Virus record (IMG/VR): IMGVR_UViG_3300042691_018174
Strand: one strand, 5' to 3'
Length of the DNA stretch: 64,000 bases
DNA from: a virus
Both the position numbers and the translations under genes were made by a program. The notes below the pieces were generated by a model that was given only the letters and a program-made list of their open reading frames with translations, searched no databases and had not been told where the DNA came from. How positions within the stretch are numbered: position 1 is the stretch's first letter; each line of letters begins with the position of its first letter. Shown here in pieces: positions 46,878-57,972 of the stretch.

Positions 46878-48983
46878 ATGACAATTACTGCATTAGGATC
46901 AACAAGATTCGTCAAAAAAGGAGTCTATAGTGGGACTGCTGAATATCAAAAAGACGATGTTGTACTTTATAACGGTGCGTGGTACCTATGTACAGCTAAC
47001 GCGGTAGCAGGAACGCTACCAACTAACACTAGTTTTTTCACTGTTTGGCAAAATCTTTGGAATTGGAAAGGTCAGCATAATAATACATCTACTGTGTACG
47101 CAGTCGGAGACGTAGTTTATTATTTGGCAGATTATACTACCGGCTCTACCAATGCAGGTACTTTTACTAGAAAAGCTAGAAACGTTTATAGATGTATCCA
47201 AGCACATACTAGTGATGGCACCAATACATTCAAACCAATCAACACCACATATTGGCAACCTATCAGCTTAGCCAACTACAATGATGGATCAGTTAACGTT
47301 TCCACAGCAACAATCACTGAGAAATGGGGTGTAATTGGTAACAGTCCAGATAAATTATCAAAGTTTCCTAACGAAGGAAGAGTCGGCGAAACTGTGGATT
47401 GCTTATTATTGGGAACTAATAAGAATCAAGCATTTACGTATGATTGGTCTTGTTTTATTACAGAATCTGGACAAATACGTGTTTGGGGTCGAGGCAGTAA
47501 CAGTTGTACATTTATTAATACTGGTAACGGAACATCTGTTGGACCAGCAACAGCCGTGCCAAGTTTTTTCTTCCATGACTTTTTTAGATCAACATCAAAT
47601 GGCGGGGCAGGTGTTCATTCTACTCCTGACGGCAAACATCCAAGATGCATACAACTTGAAACTGGTTATGATTGGTGGGTAGCACTATTTAATAATGGTG
47701 AAGTGTACACTGGTGGTTATGGTGGTAATGGAGAAATGGGCAACAGAGCAACCACTAATAGATGGATCGCTAGAGTAGGCGGAACCTACACTGAAGTTGC
47801 CGTGGCCACAAACAGCACCACACATCTTTTTAGAGATGTTAGGATATCAATGATCGCTGCTTCAGGTGGTGAAAGAGCGGCATCGTCACATCACGTATTA
47901 GCGTTAGATGAAGATGGCCAAGTATGGAGTTGGGGCTATAATGCCTACGGACAGTTGGGGGATAACAGTGTTACTTCTAGAAGTATTCCAACGTTGATAC
48001 CCAAAGCACAGTTTGGTTTGACTTCCGTACAAAAAGTTGTTGCTATTTGGGCAGGTGGAGGAGAATACGGATATAGTTTTGCACTAACTGATCAGAATAA
48101 ATTATTTGCCTGGGGTTATAATAACTACGGACACTTAGGTTTAGGAGTTACCAGTACTAACGTGCGTGTTCCTACAGAAGTAACAACACAAACATGGACC
48201 ACTGCGGCAGCAGGAACTATTAAAAAGTTAGTTACAGCAGACAGCAATACTACACAATATTCTACTACAGCAATTTTGACCAGTAAAGGGGCAATTTATT
48301 GTGCAGGATATAATGGATCAGGTCACATGATGAAAGGTGATACTGCGCAAGCTAACTCTTTCTTAGTATGTACTTCAGGACCAGGAGCAACAAATACTGC
48401 TAAAGATGTTTTCTTAACTAATGGAAACGCAGCCAGTATGTTTGTTATAGATAATACAAATAGATTATTTGCTGCAGGTGCTAATAATGGCGGACAATTG
48501 GGAATTGCAGGCACCAATGCAAATTACACTGCTTCTCAATCGTGTCAAAAATCAGTAAATGGTGTAATGAGCAATATGACCAATGTTAAAACTCTTACTG
48601 CATTAGGCGGCGGCAATGGAACAAACACATCAGTAATTGTTACCACTAATGATGGGTGGTCTTATGGCGCAGGCTATAACGGATACGGCCAATTAAGCAT
48701 GGGTTGGCAAGCAGCATATCATTATACTACTACAGATACTGCTAAAGAAAACACAGGACAACGTGGATTTAATATGGTAAAAATGCCTTCGGCATTAGCA
48801 GGCAAGGTTGCTGAAGTTTGGTTTACTGGATATACTGACGGCACTGCTACTAACTATGGAACCCCAATTTGGGTGAGTACTACAGGCATGCCGTATCAAG
48901 CAGGGTATAATGCAGGTTGGAGCATTTCAGGGCACAACAACAGTGCCCATAGAAATATCATGACCCCGATATCATTATCTTAA
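46878..48983 (+). CDS. RCC1/BLIP-II-like beta-propeller protein A (putative receptor-binding, 701 aa)
   Basis: N-terminal CBM-like repeats; multiple WGYNxYGQLG repeats. Confidence 0.8.
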   Translation: MTITALGSTRFVKKGVYSGTAEYQKDDVVLYNGAWYLCTANAVAGTLPTNTSFFTVWQNLWNWKGQHNNTSTVYAVGDVVYYLADYTTGSTNAGTFTRKARNVYRCIQAHTSDGTNTFKPINTTYWQPISLANYNDGSVNVSTATITEKWGVIGNSPDKLSKFPNEGRVGETVDCLLLGTNKNQAFTYDWSCFITESGQIRVWGRGSNSCTFINTGNGTSVGPATAVPSFFFHDFFRSTSNGGAGVHSTPDGKHPRCIQLETGYDWWVALFNNGEVYTGGYGGNGEMGNRATTNRWIARVGGTYTEVAVATNSTTHLFRDVRISMIAASGGERAASSHHVLALDEDGQVWSWGYNAYGQLGDNSVTSRSIPTLIPKAQFGLTSVQKVVAIWAGGGEYGYSFALTDQNKLFAWGYNNYGHLGLGVTSTNVRVPTEVTTQTWTTAAAGTIKKLVTADSNTTQYSTTAILTSKGAIYCAGYNGSGHMMKGDTAQANSFLVCTSGPGATNTAKDVFLTNGNAASMFVIDNTNRLFAAGANNGGQLGIAGTNANYTASQSCQKSVNGVMSNMTNVKTLTALGGGNGTNTSVIVTTNDGWSYGAGYNGYGQLSMGWQAAYHYTTTDTAKENTGQRGFNMVKMPSALAGKVAEVWFTGYTDGTATNYGTPIWVSTTGMPYQAGYNAGWSISGHNNSAHRNIMTPISLS

Positions 48984-48995
48984 AAGGATTAAAAA

Positions 48996-51383
48996 ATGGC
49001 AATTTTAGATTTAGGTAAAATTAAATTATATTGGAAAGGTGCTTGGACTACTGGCACTAATTATGAGCAAGATGATATAGTTTATCACAATGGCAACGTC
49101 TACATTTGTAGTCAAACTCATACAGCATCTACTAACGGAGAAGGTCTTAATAGATTAGCTCCAGGAGAAAAACTTAGGACTTCTGCATATGGTGCGCAGT
49201 ATGATGCTGAAAAAGAATCAGTAGTTTATTTTGTTACTAAACAAACGGGAAAATTTTATTTGAATGGTAGATTAACACCAAACATAAGATTAGATAAAGC
49301 CCAACGTTATAGATTTTATGTATACGACACTTCTATGTCAGGTGTTAATTTTAGATTTTCTACTTCTTTAGACGGAACCACATATTCAACTGGAGTAGTT
49401 ACTGAAGGAACCCCGGGGCTTCCAGGAGCGTATGTTGAAATAACAGTTCCTTTAGATGCACCTGCTTTACTGTATTATAAACAAGATGGCACATCAGGAG
49501 TAGCAAATTCAGCTACAGTCACAGTTAACAATATTTGGCAAGGTTTTGATTATTGGGAAAAAGTTACACAAGGCATGAAATGGGCCGGAATTTGGTCCAA
49601 TGCTACTCAGTACTATAGAAACGATATTGTTTCGTGGGACGGTAGTTTATATTATGCAATGGCAGACAATCAAAATGAAATACCAAATATTATACAAGCT
49701 AGTAGAAGTGCTTTTACTGATTGGACCGGTAAACAGACTGACTTAAGAAACAACTTTGTGTGGTTTCCACTGTCAACTACTTCCAGAGCAAGAAGAAAAG
49801 ATTTAGCAATGTGGCTACCAAATCAAGGTCCCATTAATTGGCCATATCTTCATAATGATGACAACAATTCTGCGGCATATCGAAAATCTTATTACATATC
49901 TAATGCAGGTAGAGTTTATGCCACTGGAGGTGGTACATCAGAAAACAGGGGACAAGTCAATACTGGTACTGGTACAACATACATGACAGAATTAGTTTTT
50001 AAATGGTATGATTGGCACAGATCTAGAGATTCTGTCAATGCAGACGGATTTAAATTGCCAAGATTTGAAGAAGGTCAAGACATTGCTGATGGACACGGGA
50101 AATTATACAATAGATCCGGTCTGCCGCCAAAATGTATCCAAATAGAAAGTAACTATGATGCTACATATTTCTTGTTCGATAACGGAGAACTATGGCAGAT
50201 AGGTTATAATGGTCATGGTCAAGCTGGATATGGAAGAACTGGAAATAATAGTAGACCAGTAAGAGTACAAAATCTACATGACAGAAAAATAATTAAAGTA
50301 TCAATTAGTAAGGGCTTCGAAACATCTGCTCATCATGCCATAGCATTAGATGATGAAGGAGCAGTTTGGGTTTGGGGATACAATGGTTACGGTCAGTGCG
50401 GTAATGGTACTACAGAAAATGTCTACTCTCCAAGACAGCTTCCTCAAGAATACTTTGGAAATGAAAAAATAATAGATATTTTGGCCACCGGTCAAGAATA
50501 TGGTTCATGTTATGTTAGAACTGAAAGTAATTTCTTTTATTCATGGGGATATAATGGTGTAGGACAATTAGCTGTAGGCGATACTACTAATAGATATACA
50601 CCTGTAAAAATAACTTCTTTCAACCCGACCGCTAACGGAGGGGTACTAAAATTCTCTATGAGCGGTACTTCTAGTGGATCATTCCATATTTTAGATGGCA
50701 ATGGTTATATGTGGCATGCAGGATATAATGGATACGGCACAGCATTGAACGCCACTACCACAAATAATACTACCTTGGTAAGAAGTACTCTAGCACCAAC
50801 AGCAGGCGCAACAGTTAATTTTTGGGCAGCATGTCCAGGAGGCTATCATAATGTGTTTTTGAGAACTTCAAATGGTAATACTTATTTTGTTGGTTATAAT
50901 GCAACTAATCATAACGGTTTAGGGAATACCACTAGCCCAATTTCCAGTCCTACTCAAGTGCCATTGGTATTCTTCCCTAAAACAATCGCGTCGAGAGCCA
51001 CATACACCAACAACATTAGGACAACGATTTTAACTGATAAAGGTGAAGTTTGGTATGCAGGCTATGATAACTATAATACTAATGGAAATGAATATTATGC
51101 TGGGGCCACATCAACTATTGAAAACGGCGTCAACAGTTATGTTGTTAGGATGGCGATTCCCTCGTCTGCTAAAATTATCGATATGTACAGTCTGGTCTGT
51201 GACGAAACTACGAACTACGCCAACGGTGTAAACTTTTTCATCACTGACAATGGACAGTATTTTGGTAACGGCTTCGCAGGAAGAGCAAGCCAAGGCAACA
51301 ATTATCTTTTAGGTGGTCAAGCGGCTAGTTTCAATGCCTGGATTAGGTATCCTACTAATATATCCAGCGGTTGGGCTTGCTAA
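48996..51383 (+). CDS. RCC1/BLIP-II-like beta-propeller protein B (795 aa)
   Basis: Same architecture plus a ligand-less cupredoxin-like insert; WGYNGYGQCG, WGYNGVGQLA. Confidence 0.8.
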   Translation: MAILDLGKIKLYWKGAWTTGTNYEQDDIVYHNGNVYICSQTHTASTNGEGLNRLAPGEKLRTSAYGAQYDAEKESVVYFVTKQTGKFYLNGRLTPNIRLDKAQRYRFYVYDTSMSGVNFRFSTSLDGTTYSTGVVTEGTPGLPGAYVEITVPLDAPALLYYKQDGTSGVANSATVTVNNIWQGFDYWEKVTQGMKWAGIWSNATQYYRNDIVSWDGSLYYAMADNQNEIPNIIQASRSAFTDWTGKQTDLRNNFVWFPLSTTSRARRKDLAMWLPNQGPINWPYLHNDDNNSAAYRKSYYISNAGRVYATGGGTSENRGQVNTGTGTTYMTELVFKWYDWHRSRDSVNADGFKLPRFEEGQDIADGHGKLYNRSGLPPKCIQIESNYDATYFLFDNGELWQIGYNGHGQAGYGRTGNNSRPVRVQNLHDRKIIKVSISKGFETSAHHAIALDDEGAVWVWGYNGYGQCGNGTTENVYSPRQLPQEYFGNEKIIDILATGQEYGSCYVRTESNFFYSWGYNGVGQLAVGDTTNRYTPVKITSFNPTANGGVLKFSMSGTSSGSFHILDGNGYMWHAGYNGYGTALNATTTNNTTLVRSTLAPTAGATVNFWAACPGGYHNVFLRTSNGNTYFVGYNATNHNGLGNTTSPISSPTQVPLVFFPKTIASRATYTNNIRTTILTDKGEVWYAGYDNYNTNGNEYYAGATSTIENGVNSYVVRMAIPSSAKIIDMYSLVCDETTNYANGVNFFITDNGQYFGNGFAGRASQGNNYLLGGQAASFNAWIRYPTNISSGWAC

Positions 51384-51406
51384 TTTATATAACAGGAGTT
51401 TAAAAA

Positions 51407-51826
51407 ATGACTATGAAAATTTGCAGTTTTAAAGATATTCCAGGAGTGCAAGCTCCAGAATTTACAAAAGAATCCCCAGAGAACGTTACACAACTGGGCA
51501 CAATTAATGGTAAGTTTTACTTTTCTTATGATGACGCCAACGCATCTGTACAAGCGCCAGATGCAGCATCAGAACTTAAAGTATATGATTTTACTGATGA
51601 TGAAGACGTTGCAGAAATTAAAGCATCACTGAATGGTATGTTTTATGTAACAGTAAAAATAGAAGAAATGGAAAGAGCATTTTTTGCCAAGCACAGTCAG
51701 TTCAGCGTGTTAAAAGGAATTAAAGATTCTGATAGCGCAGTACTAGCGGCAATTGATGCACATGAAGATGAAAGAGATAGTTTCCTTCAATCATTGGGAT
51801 TTCCAGGCACAAGCATTTTAAATTAA
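51407..51826 (+). CDS. Small acidic protein, possible fibre assembly chaperone (139 aa)
   Basis: AGGAG SD; lies between propeller genes; function inferred from position only. Confidence 0.6.
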   Translation: MTMKICSFKDIPGVQAPEFTKESPENVTQLGTINGKFYFSYDDANASVQAPDAASELKVYDFTDDEDVAEIKASLNGMFYVTVKIEEMERAFFAKHSQFSVLKGIKDSDSAVLAAIDAHEDERDSFLQSLGFPGTSILN

Positions 51827-51836
51827 GGATAAAATA

Positions 51837-53969
51837 ATGTCTATAGATATCAGTAAACTAAAAAATCGCTGGGTAGGTGTGTGGAATCCTACAGTGATAT
51901 ACAAAATTAATGATATTGTTCAATATAGAGGATCCAGTTACGTTTGTATTCAAGACATACCAGAAAGATATGTGGTTGCAGGCGAAACAGGGGTCTCTAC
52001 GAGCTTTTATACATACGTACCACCAACTGTGGTTTTAAAAACCATAGATCCCAAAGATTCTGATTACTGGTTAGACATGGCTCCAGGAATGACCTATAGA
52101 AGAACTTGGGAACCAAGAACTTCATACAATGTAGGTGATATTGTAGAATTGGCTGGAGATTTGTATATTTGTATTAAATCTAAGAACAGAAATTCATATG
52201 TAACAGATTCACAATATTGGACTAAAGTTTTTGAAAATGCTGACAGAGACCAAAGATATGTCTGCGCTGATCTTTGGAATCAACAGCCTTTAGGTTGGAC
52301 TAGAAACAATGGAGACTCTCACTGGGGTTGCTCTGGTACTGCTTATATGTACGGATTTTTAGGATATGACGGCAACGTGAACATCGGCGGTATGCACTAT
52401 CGAGGTGCAGGCACCGGATCAAGCGCCGCCAACGCAGCAGGTGCAGCTAATTGGTCTACACCGGGATTCAGTTTTGTTGATTGGTTAAACAGTACACAAA
52501 ATGGCGGATCTGGCAGATTAACTACACCTGATGGAGAAGCCCCAAAATGTATTCAATGGATACATCAAGGCGGCGACACTACTGCGACCAGTGGAGGAAA
52601 TTCATTATTTTTGATGAATAACGGCGAAGTATATTCCACCGGGTATAATGCTGTTGGGCAACTTGGTATTGGCAACACAACAGAATGGTATCATCCTGTT
52701 AGAGTCAGTAATACTAAGTTAACTGATTGGAGAGGAAATACCATACCAAGAAATTTTGATGAAACAAAAATGATCAAAGTAACAATGAGCGGTATCGGTT
52801 TTTGGAATAACGGATACAACTCTTGCTATGCACTAGGTGATGATGGAACTGTTTGGGTTTGGGGAAGAAATGACAGAGGACAATTAGGATTAGGACCAGA
52901 AACTGGAACTACTGCTGGTTTAGGTTTGGCTAGAACAGATCAAACTCGTCCAGAAAGATTGCCACAATCATTCTTTAATCATAGAAAGATTGTAGATATC
53001 ATGTGCTGCGGTGGTAACAGCTCATTAGTTTTCGCTATAGATGACGAAGATTATCTTTGGGCATGGGGTATCAGTATTAGAGGTGGCACTGGCCTAGCAG
53101 ATACACATGCTGATACTGGGTATACATACGGTAAACAATTTACTCCACAACAAGTTAGTATTGATTGGAAGAGACACGGCGGTATTAAAAAAATCATGAT
53201 GTCTAGTGATGGTGGAAACTACGAAAGAACTTGGATACTTGATGGAAATGGATTTTTGTGGTTCGCTGGGGAAAGATATGACAACGGTCTAAATCAAACA
53301 GCACAAGGAACTAACTCAGGCACTACCAGTATGCAGACCACAAAGTTTACTAGATTAGAGAGACATTGGTTTGGTGAACATAAAATTGAAAACTTCTGGG
53401 CACTGGATTCTAGAGATGGTAATATTATTCTAAGAGAAAAAGGCACTGGTTTAACATATAGTATGGGAGGTAATCAAGAAGGACAATTAGGATTAACTGT
53501 AAACCATAAGTACGCTGATAGTAGTTGGAATATCTTTCCTTCTTTAATACATGGTGTGCGCTATCTGAAAGAATGTATTAATTCTTCAAACACATATACT
53601 GACGCTACTACTACTATCATTGCATTGACTGATGACGGCGAAGTTTGGACACGTGGACTTAATACTCACGGATCAGGATCGATTGGGTATAGTGGTTCAA
53701 GTTGGGTAGGTACAGGTGAAGCTGAATATGAAACAAGCTCTAATATTTGGCAAAGAGTATTATTGCCTCCAGGCGAATATTGCACAGCTATTGCAGCTTT
53801 TGGACCAACGTCTAGTGGAGATGGTGCTATGTATAGATTGAGTACTGGCGGCATAATGATTTGCGGAACTGACGGCACTGCTATTAACCAACAGATGCAA
53901 GGACATATTCACTCTAGAACATTTAGTACAATATATCATTGGTATACAATGCATAGTTATCCAGGTTGA
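51837..53969 (+). CDS. RCC1/BLIP-II-like beta-propeller protein C (710 aa)
   Basis: GYNAVGQLGIG, WGRNDRGQLGLG; shares TPDG..PKCIQ with protein A. Confidence 0.8.
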   Translation: MSIDISKLKNRWVGVWNPTVIYKINDIVQYRGSSYVCIQDIPERYVVAGETGVSTSFYTYVPPTVVLKTIDPKDSDYWLDMAPGMTYRRTWEPRTSYNVGDIVELAGDLYICIKSKNRNSYVTDSQYWTKVFENADRDQRYVCADLWNQQPLGWTRNNGDSHWGCSGTAYMYGFLGYDGNVNIGGMHYRGAGTGSSAANAAGAANWSTPGFSFVDWLNSTQNGGSGRLTTPDGEAPKCIQWIHQGGDTTATSGGNSLFLMNNGEVYSTGYNAVGQLGIGNTTEWYHPVRVSNTKLTDWRGNTIPRNFDETKMIKVTMSGIGFWNNGYNSCYALGDDGTVWVWGRNDRGQLGLGPETGTTAGLGLARTDQTRPERLPQSFFNHRKIVDIMCCGGNSSLVFAIDDEDYLWAWGISIRGGTGLADTHADTGYTYGKQFTPQQVSIDWKRHGGIKKIMMSSDGGNYERTWILDGNGFLWFAGERYDNGLNQTAQGTNSGTTSMQTTKFTRLERHWFGEHKIENFWALDSRDGNIILREKGTGLTYSMGGNQEGQLGLTVNHKYADSSWNIFPSLIHGVRYLKECINSSNTYTDATTTIIALTDDGEVWTRGLNTHGSGSIGYSGSSWVGTGEAEYETSSNIWQRVLLPPGEYCTAIAAFGPTSSGDGAMYRLSTGGIMICGTDGTAINQQMQGHIHSRTFSTIYHWYTMHSYPG

Positions 53970-53982
53970 TTAGGATTAATAA

Positions 53983-56900
53983 ATGTCAAATTTATCATGG
54001 TTGGGCAATGTAATAACCAGAGAAGAAGGTGCCATCAAAATCAAAGATGGCACCAATCTGGCTTTTACAGGCGTTGAGACACTAATAGTAGATGGCCCAG
54101 AATTAAATGTTTTACATGAGTTTAATACTGAGATATATTCAAGTGCGCATTATCTAATTAATGCGGAATGCGGCATTGACCAAAGAGAAACACTTAATGT
54201 CACAGTAGTATCTAAATTCAATAAAGCATCTATTACCATATATGGAAGAATAAACACTGGCGTAAACTTAGTTGAAGTCAGTGCAGATATCACAGATGGC
54301 ATTTTAAAAGTTTATGCATCATCTTCAGTACAAGGGTTACAAAATATAAGAGTCACAGCATTTGCTACTCTAGCAGAAACTATAGTATCAAATAATACAA
54401 GAGCAACTGTTTACTATTACACAGAAGTAAATGCTACTCCAAAATACCTACTCAATTCTGGCAATTATTCACAAAATTCTATAAGTCCTTCTCTGATTTT
54501 TTATAAGGGATTAACTTATAGATTTGATCAATCAGACAGCAGTAATGATCAAGATCCATTAATGATAGGTGAAACTGCAAATGATATTAATTCTGAATAT
54601 GTTCTAGGAATTTCATATTACTTAGATTCTGCCAAAGTACTGCCATCTGAATATAGAACATTACAGAGATTCCAAGCAGCAGATAAAAGATACGTTGAAA
54701 TTACGGTCAGTGACACGTATCCTTCCCAACTTTTTTATTTTAGTAGATATAGGAGCGGATTAGGAGCAACTATTACTGTGACTACTCTTAGTGATTCTGG
54801 AGTAGGTGGTTCTGGAAGTTCTGGAAGTGGTGGTAGTGGGAATGTGGATGGTGCTAATAAGGAATTAAGTAATCTTACAGTCACTGCAATTAATGCTTCT
54901 TTAATACCTAGTGTTGATTCTAGTATAGATCTAGGATCTCCATTTTTAAAGTGGAGAGATTTGTATCTTAGCGGAAATACGCTTTATTTAGGCGCTGCTA
55001 ACATAACTGCTAATGGCAATGTAGTTAATCTACCTACAGGTTCTACCGTCGGCGGACAATTGATCCCACAAGGTGGAACACAAAATGTTTTCTCTACAGT
55101 TAGAGTGTCAGGGCAATCTGATGTTGTTGCTGATTCTGTCACTGATGTATTAACACTAGTTGCCGGATCAAACATTACTTTAACTACAAATCCTGCAACA
55201 GATACTATTACTATTTCATCAACCGGAGGCGGTGGAGGAACAGCTAGTAATTCATTTAGCACTATTCAGATTGCAGGACAAAGTCCTGTGACAGCAGATT
55301 CTTCAACAGATACATTGACATTGATAGCAGGTCCAAACATAGTATTGACTACTAATGAGTCAGGTGATGCTATAACTATTTCTGCATCATCGTCTGGCGG
55401 CGGCGCTAGTGGAGTTAGTTCAGGAACAGCAAACAGACTTGCTTATTATGCATCAAACGGTGCTATTATTCAAGATAGCGGACCTAATTTAGAATGGAAC
55501 GGGTCTTTTTTAAGTGTAAATGGTTACATTTATTCAACTGGAAGAAAAAATTACGTAAGATCCTATTGGGACACACTAGCTGATTTGAATATTGAAGCAC
55601 CACCTAATCCTTGGCGAGGCATGATTGCATATGCTGGCGATACAGGTAAAGTATACTATGCACACGGTGGTGTTTGGAACAGGCTTGCAAATTTTTCAGA
55701 TATACCTACTATCCCAAATAATTTTGGAAACATAGTAGTTAGCGGGCAAACTATAGTGAGTTCCGATGCTATCAATGATACATTAACATTGGTTGCGGGT
55801 GTAGGAATGAGTATTACAACTGACGCTGCAAACAATACAATTATTTTTACCAATACAGGAACAGGTGGTGGCACTGGTGGTGGCATCACAACTGAAGATG
55901 CACAAGATGCAGCCGCTACATTATTTTTAAACAGTAATCATACAGGAATCAGTTTTACATATGATGACGCTACTAATCAAATAGTCGCCGCAGTCAGTGC
56001 TCAGGCCGGAATTTATACAGATGAGCAAGCTGCCGATGCTGCCGCAGCATTGTTTACCACTGGTACACACAGTGGATTGATATTTACTTACGACGACATC
56101 GCTAATAAAATGAATGTTAGTGTGTCACAAAATGATCTTCAAGATTACATACAAGATCAGGCAGCTGCATTGTTAACTTCAGGTACACATTCAAATATCA
56201 GCTTTACGTATGATGATAATAATGCCAGAATAAATGCAGCAGTTTCTGTACCATCAAATTTTTCACAACTATCCGATGTTACCACTGCAGGGATCACAGT
56301 TGATGAAATAGGATATCAAGCTAATACAGTATTAACAGTTACTAATACTGGAAATACTGCATATCTTTTTTCACAGTATACAGGAAATAATCCTACAATA
56401 TATGTTACCGCAGGAGAAACTATTGCGTTTAAATTAAACGCTGGCGGTCATCCGTTTTTAATACAAACGAATACAGGCACTAATTTTGACAATGTCCTAG
56501 TACATGTAGCCACATCTGGATCAGTAAGTACTTTATCTTCTGCTCAAGGAAAAGATTCAGGAACATTATATTGGCAGATTCCTATTACAGAAAGAGGACT
56601 TTTTAAATACGCCTGCCAACTTCATAGTGGTTCAATGAACGGAACTATTGTGGTCATGCCGCAAAGATTTCATTATGTGTTAAACACTACTTGGAACACT
56701 GCAGGAACTATTAATATTAATGCGTCATATATTAGTAGATTAAATTTAACATTAGATACTGGCGGAAATGTTTCTGGTTGGGCTTTTACTGGTATACCAG
56801 CTAGCGGAACAGAATACGAACTAAGATTATATATTTCAATAAATGGAGGAACTATTTCTAGTTGGCCTACTGGAACTGTTTGGCCTTCTGGAGTCGCACC

Positions 56901-57000
56901 AACATTGACCACTGTATCGGGTAAAGTTGATATAATAAGTTTGATCACTATTAACGGTGGCACTGGTTGGATTGGATCTGTTATCGGTCAAAATTATTAA
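53983..57000 (+). CDS. Mosaic fibre protein with two repeat families and cupredoxin-like domains (1005 aa)
   Basis: 3x F.T..V.GQ..V.ADS..D.LTL.AG..I..TT, 3x QD.AA.L...G.H.GI.FTYDD; HPF...YACQLHSGSM; C-terminal WP.G.APTLT...GKVDIISL fibre domain. Confidence 0.75.
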   Translation: MSNLSWLGNVITREEGAIKIKDGTNLAFTGVETLIVDGPELNVLHEFNTEIYSSAHYLINAECGIDQRETLNVTVVSKFNKASITIYGRINTGVNLVEVSADITDGILKVYASSSVQGLQNIRVTAFATLAETIVSNNTRATVYYYTEVNATPKYLLNSGNYSQNSISPSLIFYKGLTYRFDQSDSSNDQDPLMIGETANDINSEYVLGISYYLDSAKVLPSEYRTLQRFQAADKRYVEITVSDTYPSQLFYFSRYRSGLGATITVTTLSDSGVGGSGSSGSGGSGNVDGANKELSNLTVTAINASLIPSVDSSIDLGSPFLKWRDLYLSGNTLYLGAANITANGNVVNLPTGSTVGGQLIPQGGTQNVFSTVRVSGQSDVVADSVTDVLTLVAGSNITLTTNPATDTITISSTGGGGGTASNSFSTIQIAGQSPVTADSSTDTLTLIAGPNIVLTTNESGDAITISASSSGGGASGVSSGTANRLAYYASNGAIIQDSGPNLEWNGSFLSVNGYIYSTGRKNYVRSYWDTLADLNIEAPPNPWRGMIAYAGDTGKVYYAHGGVWNRLANFSDIPTIPNNFGNIVVSGQTIVSSDAINDTLTLVAGVGMSITTDAANNTIIFTNTGTGGGTGGGITTEDAQDAAATLFLNSNHTGISFTYDDATNQIVAAVSAQAGIYTDEQAADAAAALFTTGTHSGLIFTYDDIANKMNVSVSQNDLQDYIQDQAAALLTSGTHSNISFTYDDNNARINAAVSVPSNFSQLSDVTTAGITVDEIGYQANTVLTVTNTGNTAYLFSQYTGNNPTIYVTAGETIAFKLNAGGHPFLIQTNTGTNFDNVLVHVATSGSVSTLSSAQGKDSGTLYWQIPITERGLFKYACQLHSGSMNGTIVVMPQRFHYVLNTTWNTAGTININASYISRLNLTLDTGGNVSGWAFTGIPASGTEYELRLYISINGGTISSWPTGTVWPSGVAPTLTTVSGKVDIISLITINGGTGWIGSVIGQNY

Positions 57001-57001
57001 C

Positions 57002-57733
57002 ATGAATTTCCAACATAATCCAATATTTGATATTAGTAAAACAAATGCTGTACAAGTAGTTGCAGACGCGGGAACAGCAACATCATATTCTACAACTACT
57101 ACATCTATAATAAATGATAGAGACACTGTAGTTTATTGTGTGACTATTATAAAAGATATATCTCTATTTACAGGTGTTACTCTATCAGATCCTCAAGGAT
57201 CTATTTTAACAGTATCTGCTGTTGGTACTGGAGCAACATTTACTGGAAAATTAACTAATATAATATTTGTTAAAAATTATTCAAGTTCAGGACTTGCAGT
57301 CGGATCTACTATTACAGTAAATTCTACCACAACTAACGGAAGTGGCCTTGGGTGGGTAGCCATTACTGCTTGTGTTTTAAGAGGTCCTGCTATTATTGCC
57401 AATCATCAAACAGTTAGTGCTCAAAATTTGCTTGCCAATACTGCGTATGGTGTAGGAAATTTGAGTTGGAATTCGGGAACTGTTGTTAGAGGTGACTACA
57501 AAAAGTCCACAGCAACTATACTTTTTTCAGCATCTAATGCAGCGCAATTTATTAATGGATTGAGCCCATTAACAGGTGTTAGACAATTTGTTAATTCAGG
57601 AAATGCAGCAGTTTCACAAAGTATTTTTGGATGGCAATCACCACTGACTCCATTAGGAACTGTGGGGTACGCTGCTTCTTGGAATGTTTTTACAGGTGCA
57701 GTTTTATTGACTATTTTACGATTAACTATATAA
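57002..57733 (+). CDS. Beta-rich virion protein (243 aa)
   Basis: Start moved to ATG 57002, 1 nt after the previous stop; Thr/Gly/Ser-rich composition. Confidence 0.65.
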   Translation: MNFQHNPIFDISKTNAVQVVADAGTATSYSTTTTSIINDRDTVVYCVTIIKDISLFTGVTLSDPQGSILTVSAVGTGATFTGKLTNIIFVKNYSSSGLAVGSTITVNSTTTNGSGLGWVAITACVLRGPAIIANHQTVSAQNLLANTAYGVGNLSWNSGTVVRGDYKKSTATILFSASNAAQFINGLSPLTGVRQFVNSGNAAVSQSIFGWQSPLTPLGTVGYAASWNVFTGAVLLTILRLTI

Positions 57734-57742
57734 GAGAAAATC

Positions 57743-57961
57743 ATGACAGAAATATTACTAAAAGATATCAAAGATTTATCATTGAATAATAACAGTTCTC
57801 TTGATATGTCCAATGAACCCAGCTCCACTGCTATGGTAGCCTTGGACTCTACCAATGTCATAGATTTATCATCAAGTTTAGTAAATTCAAACATTGTAGA
57901 ACAGATTGAAACACAAAATTTAACGAGTTCAACACAGTCACTATCGATTGATTTAAGCTAA
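57743..57961 (+). CDS. Low-complexity Ser/Asn-rich hypothetical protein (72 aa)
   Basis: Fills the operon gap; repeated (L/I)D(M/L)S motif. Confidence 0.55.
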   Translation: MTEILLKDIKDLSLNNNSSLDMSNEPSSTAMVALDSTNVIDLSSSLVNSNIVEQIETQNLTSSTQSLSIDLS

Positions 57962-57972
57962 TTTTTGACTGA

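Noticed and set aside
46878-53969. Diversity-generating retroelement or invertible cassette acting on the propeller genes
   Set aside because: No reverse transcriptase or recombinase in the window, no near-identical TR/VR pair noticed, and all genes are co-oriented.
17793-57733. ORF-track starts at 18611, 20463, 22598 and 56957
   Set aside because: They overlap promoters or upstream genes; downstream ATGs at 18566, 20541, 22652 and 57002 fit SD or coupling and family N-termini better.
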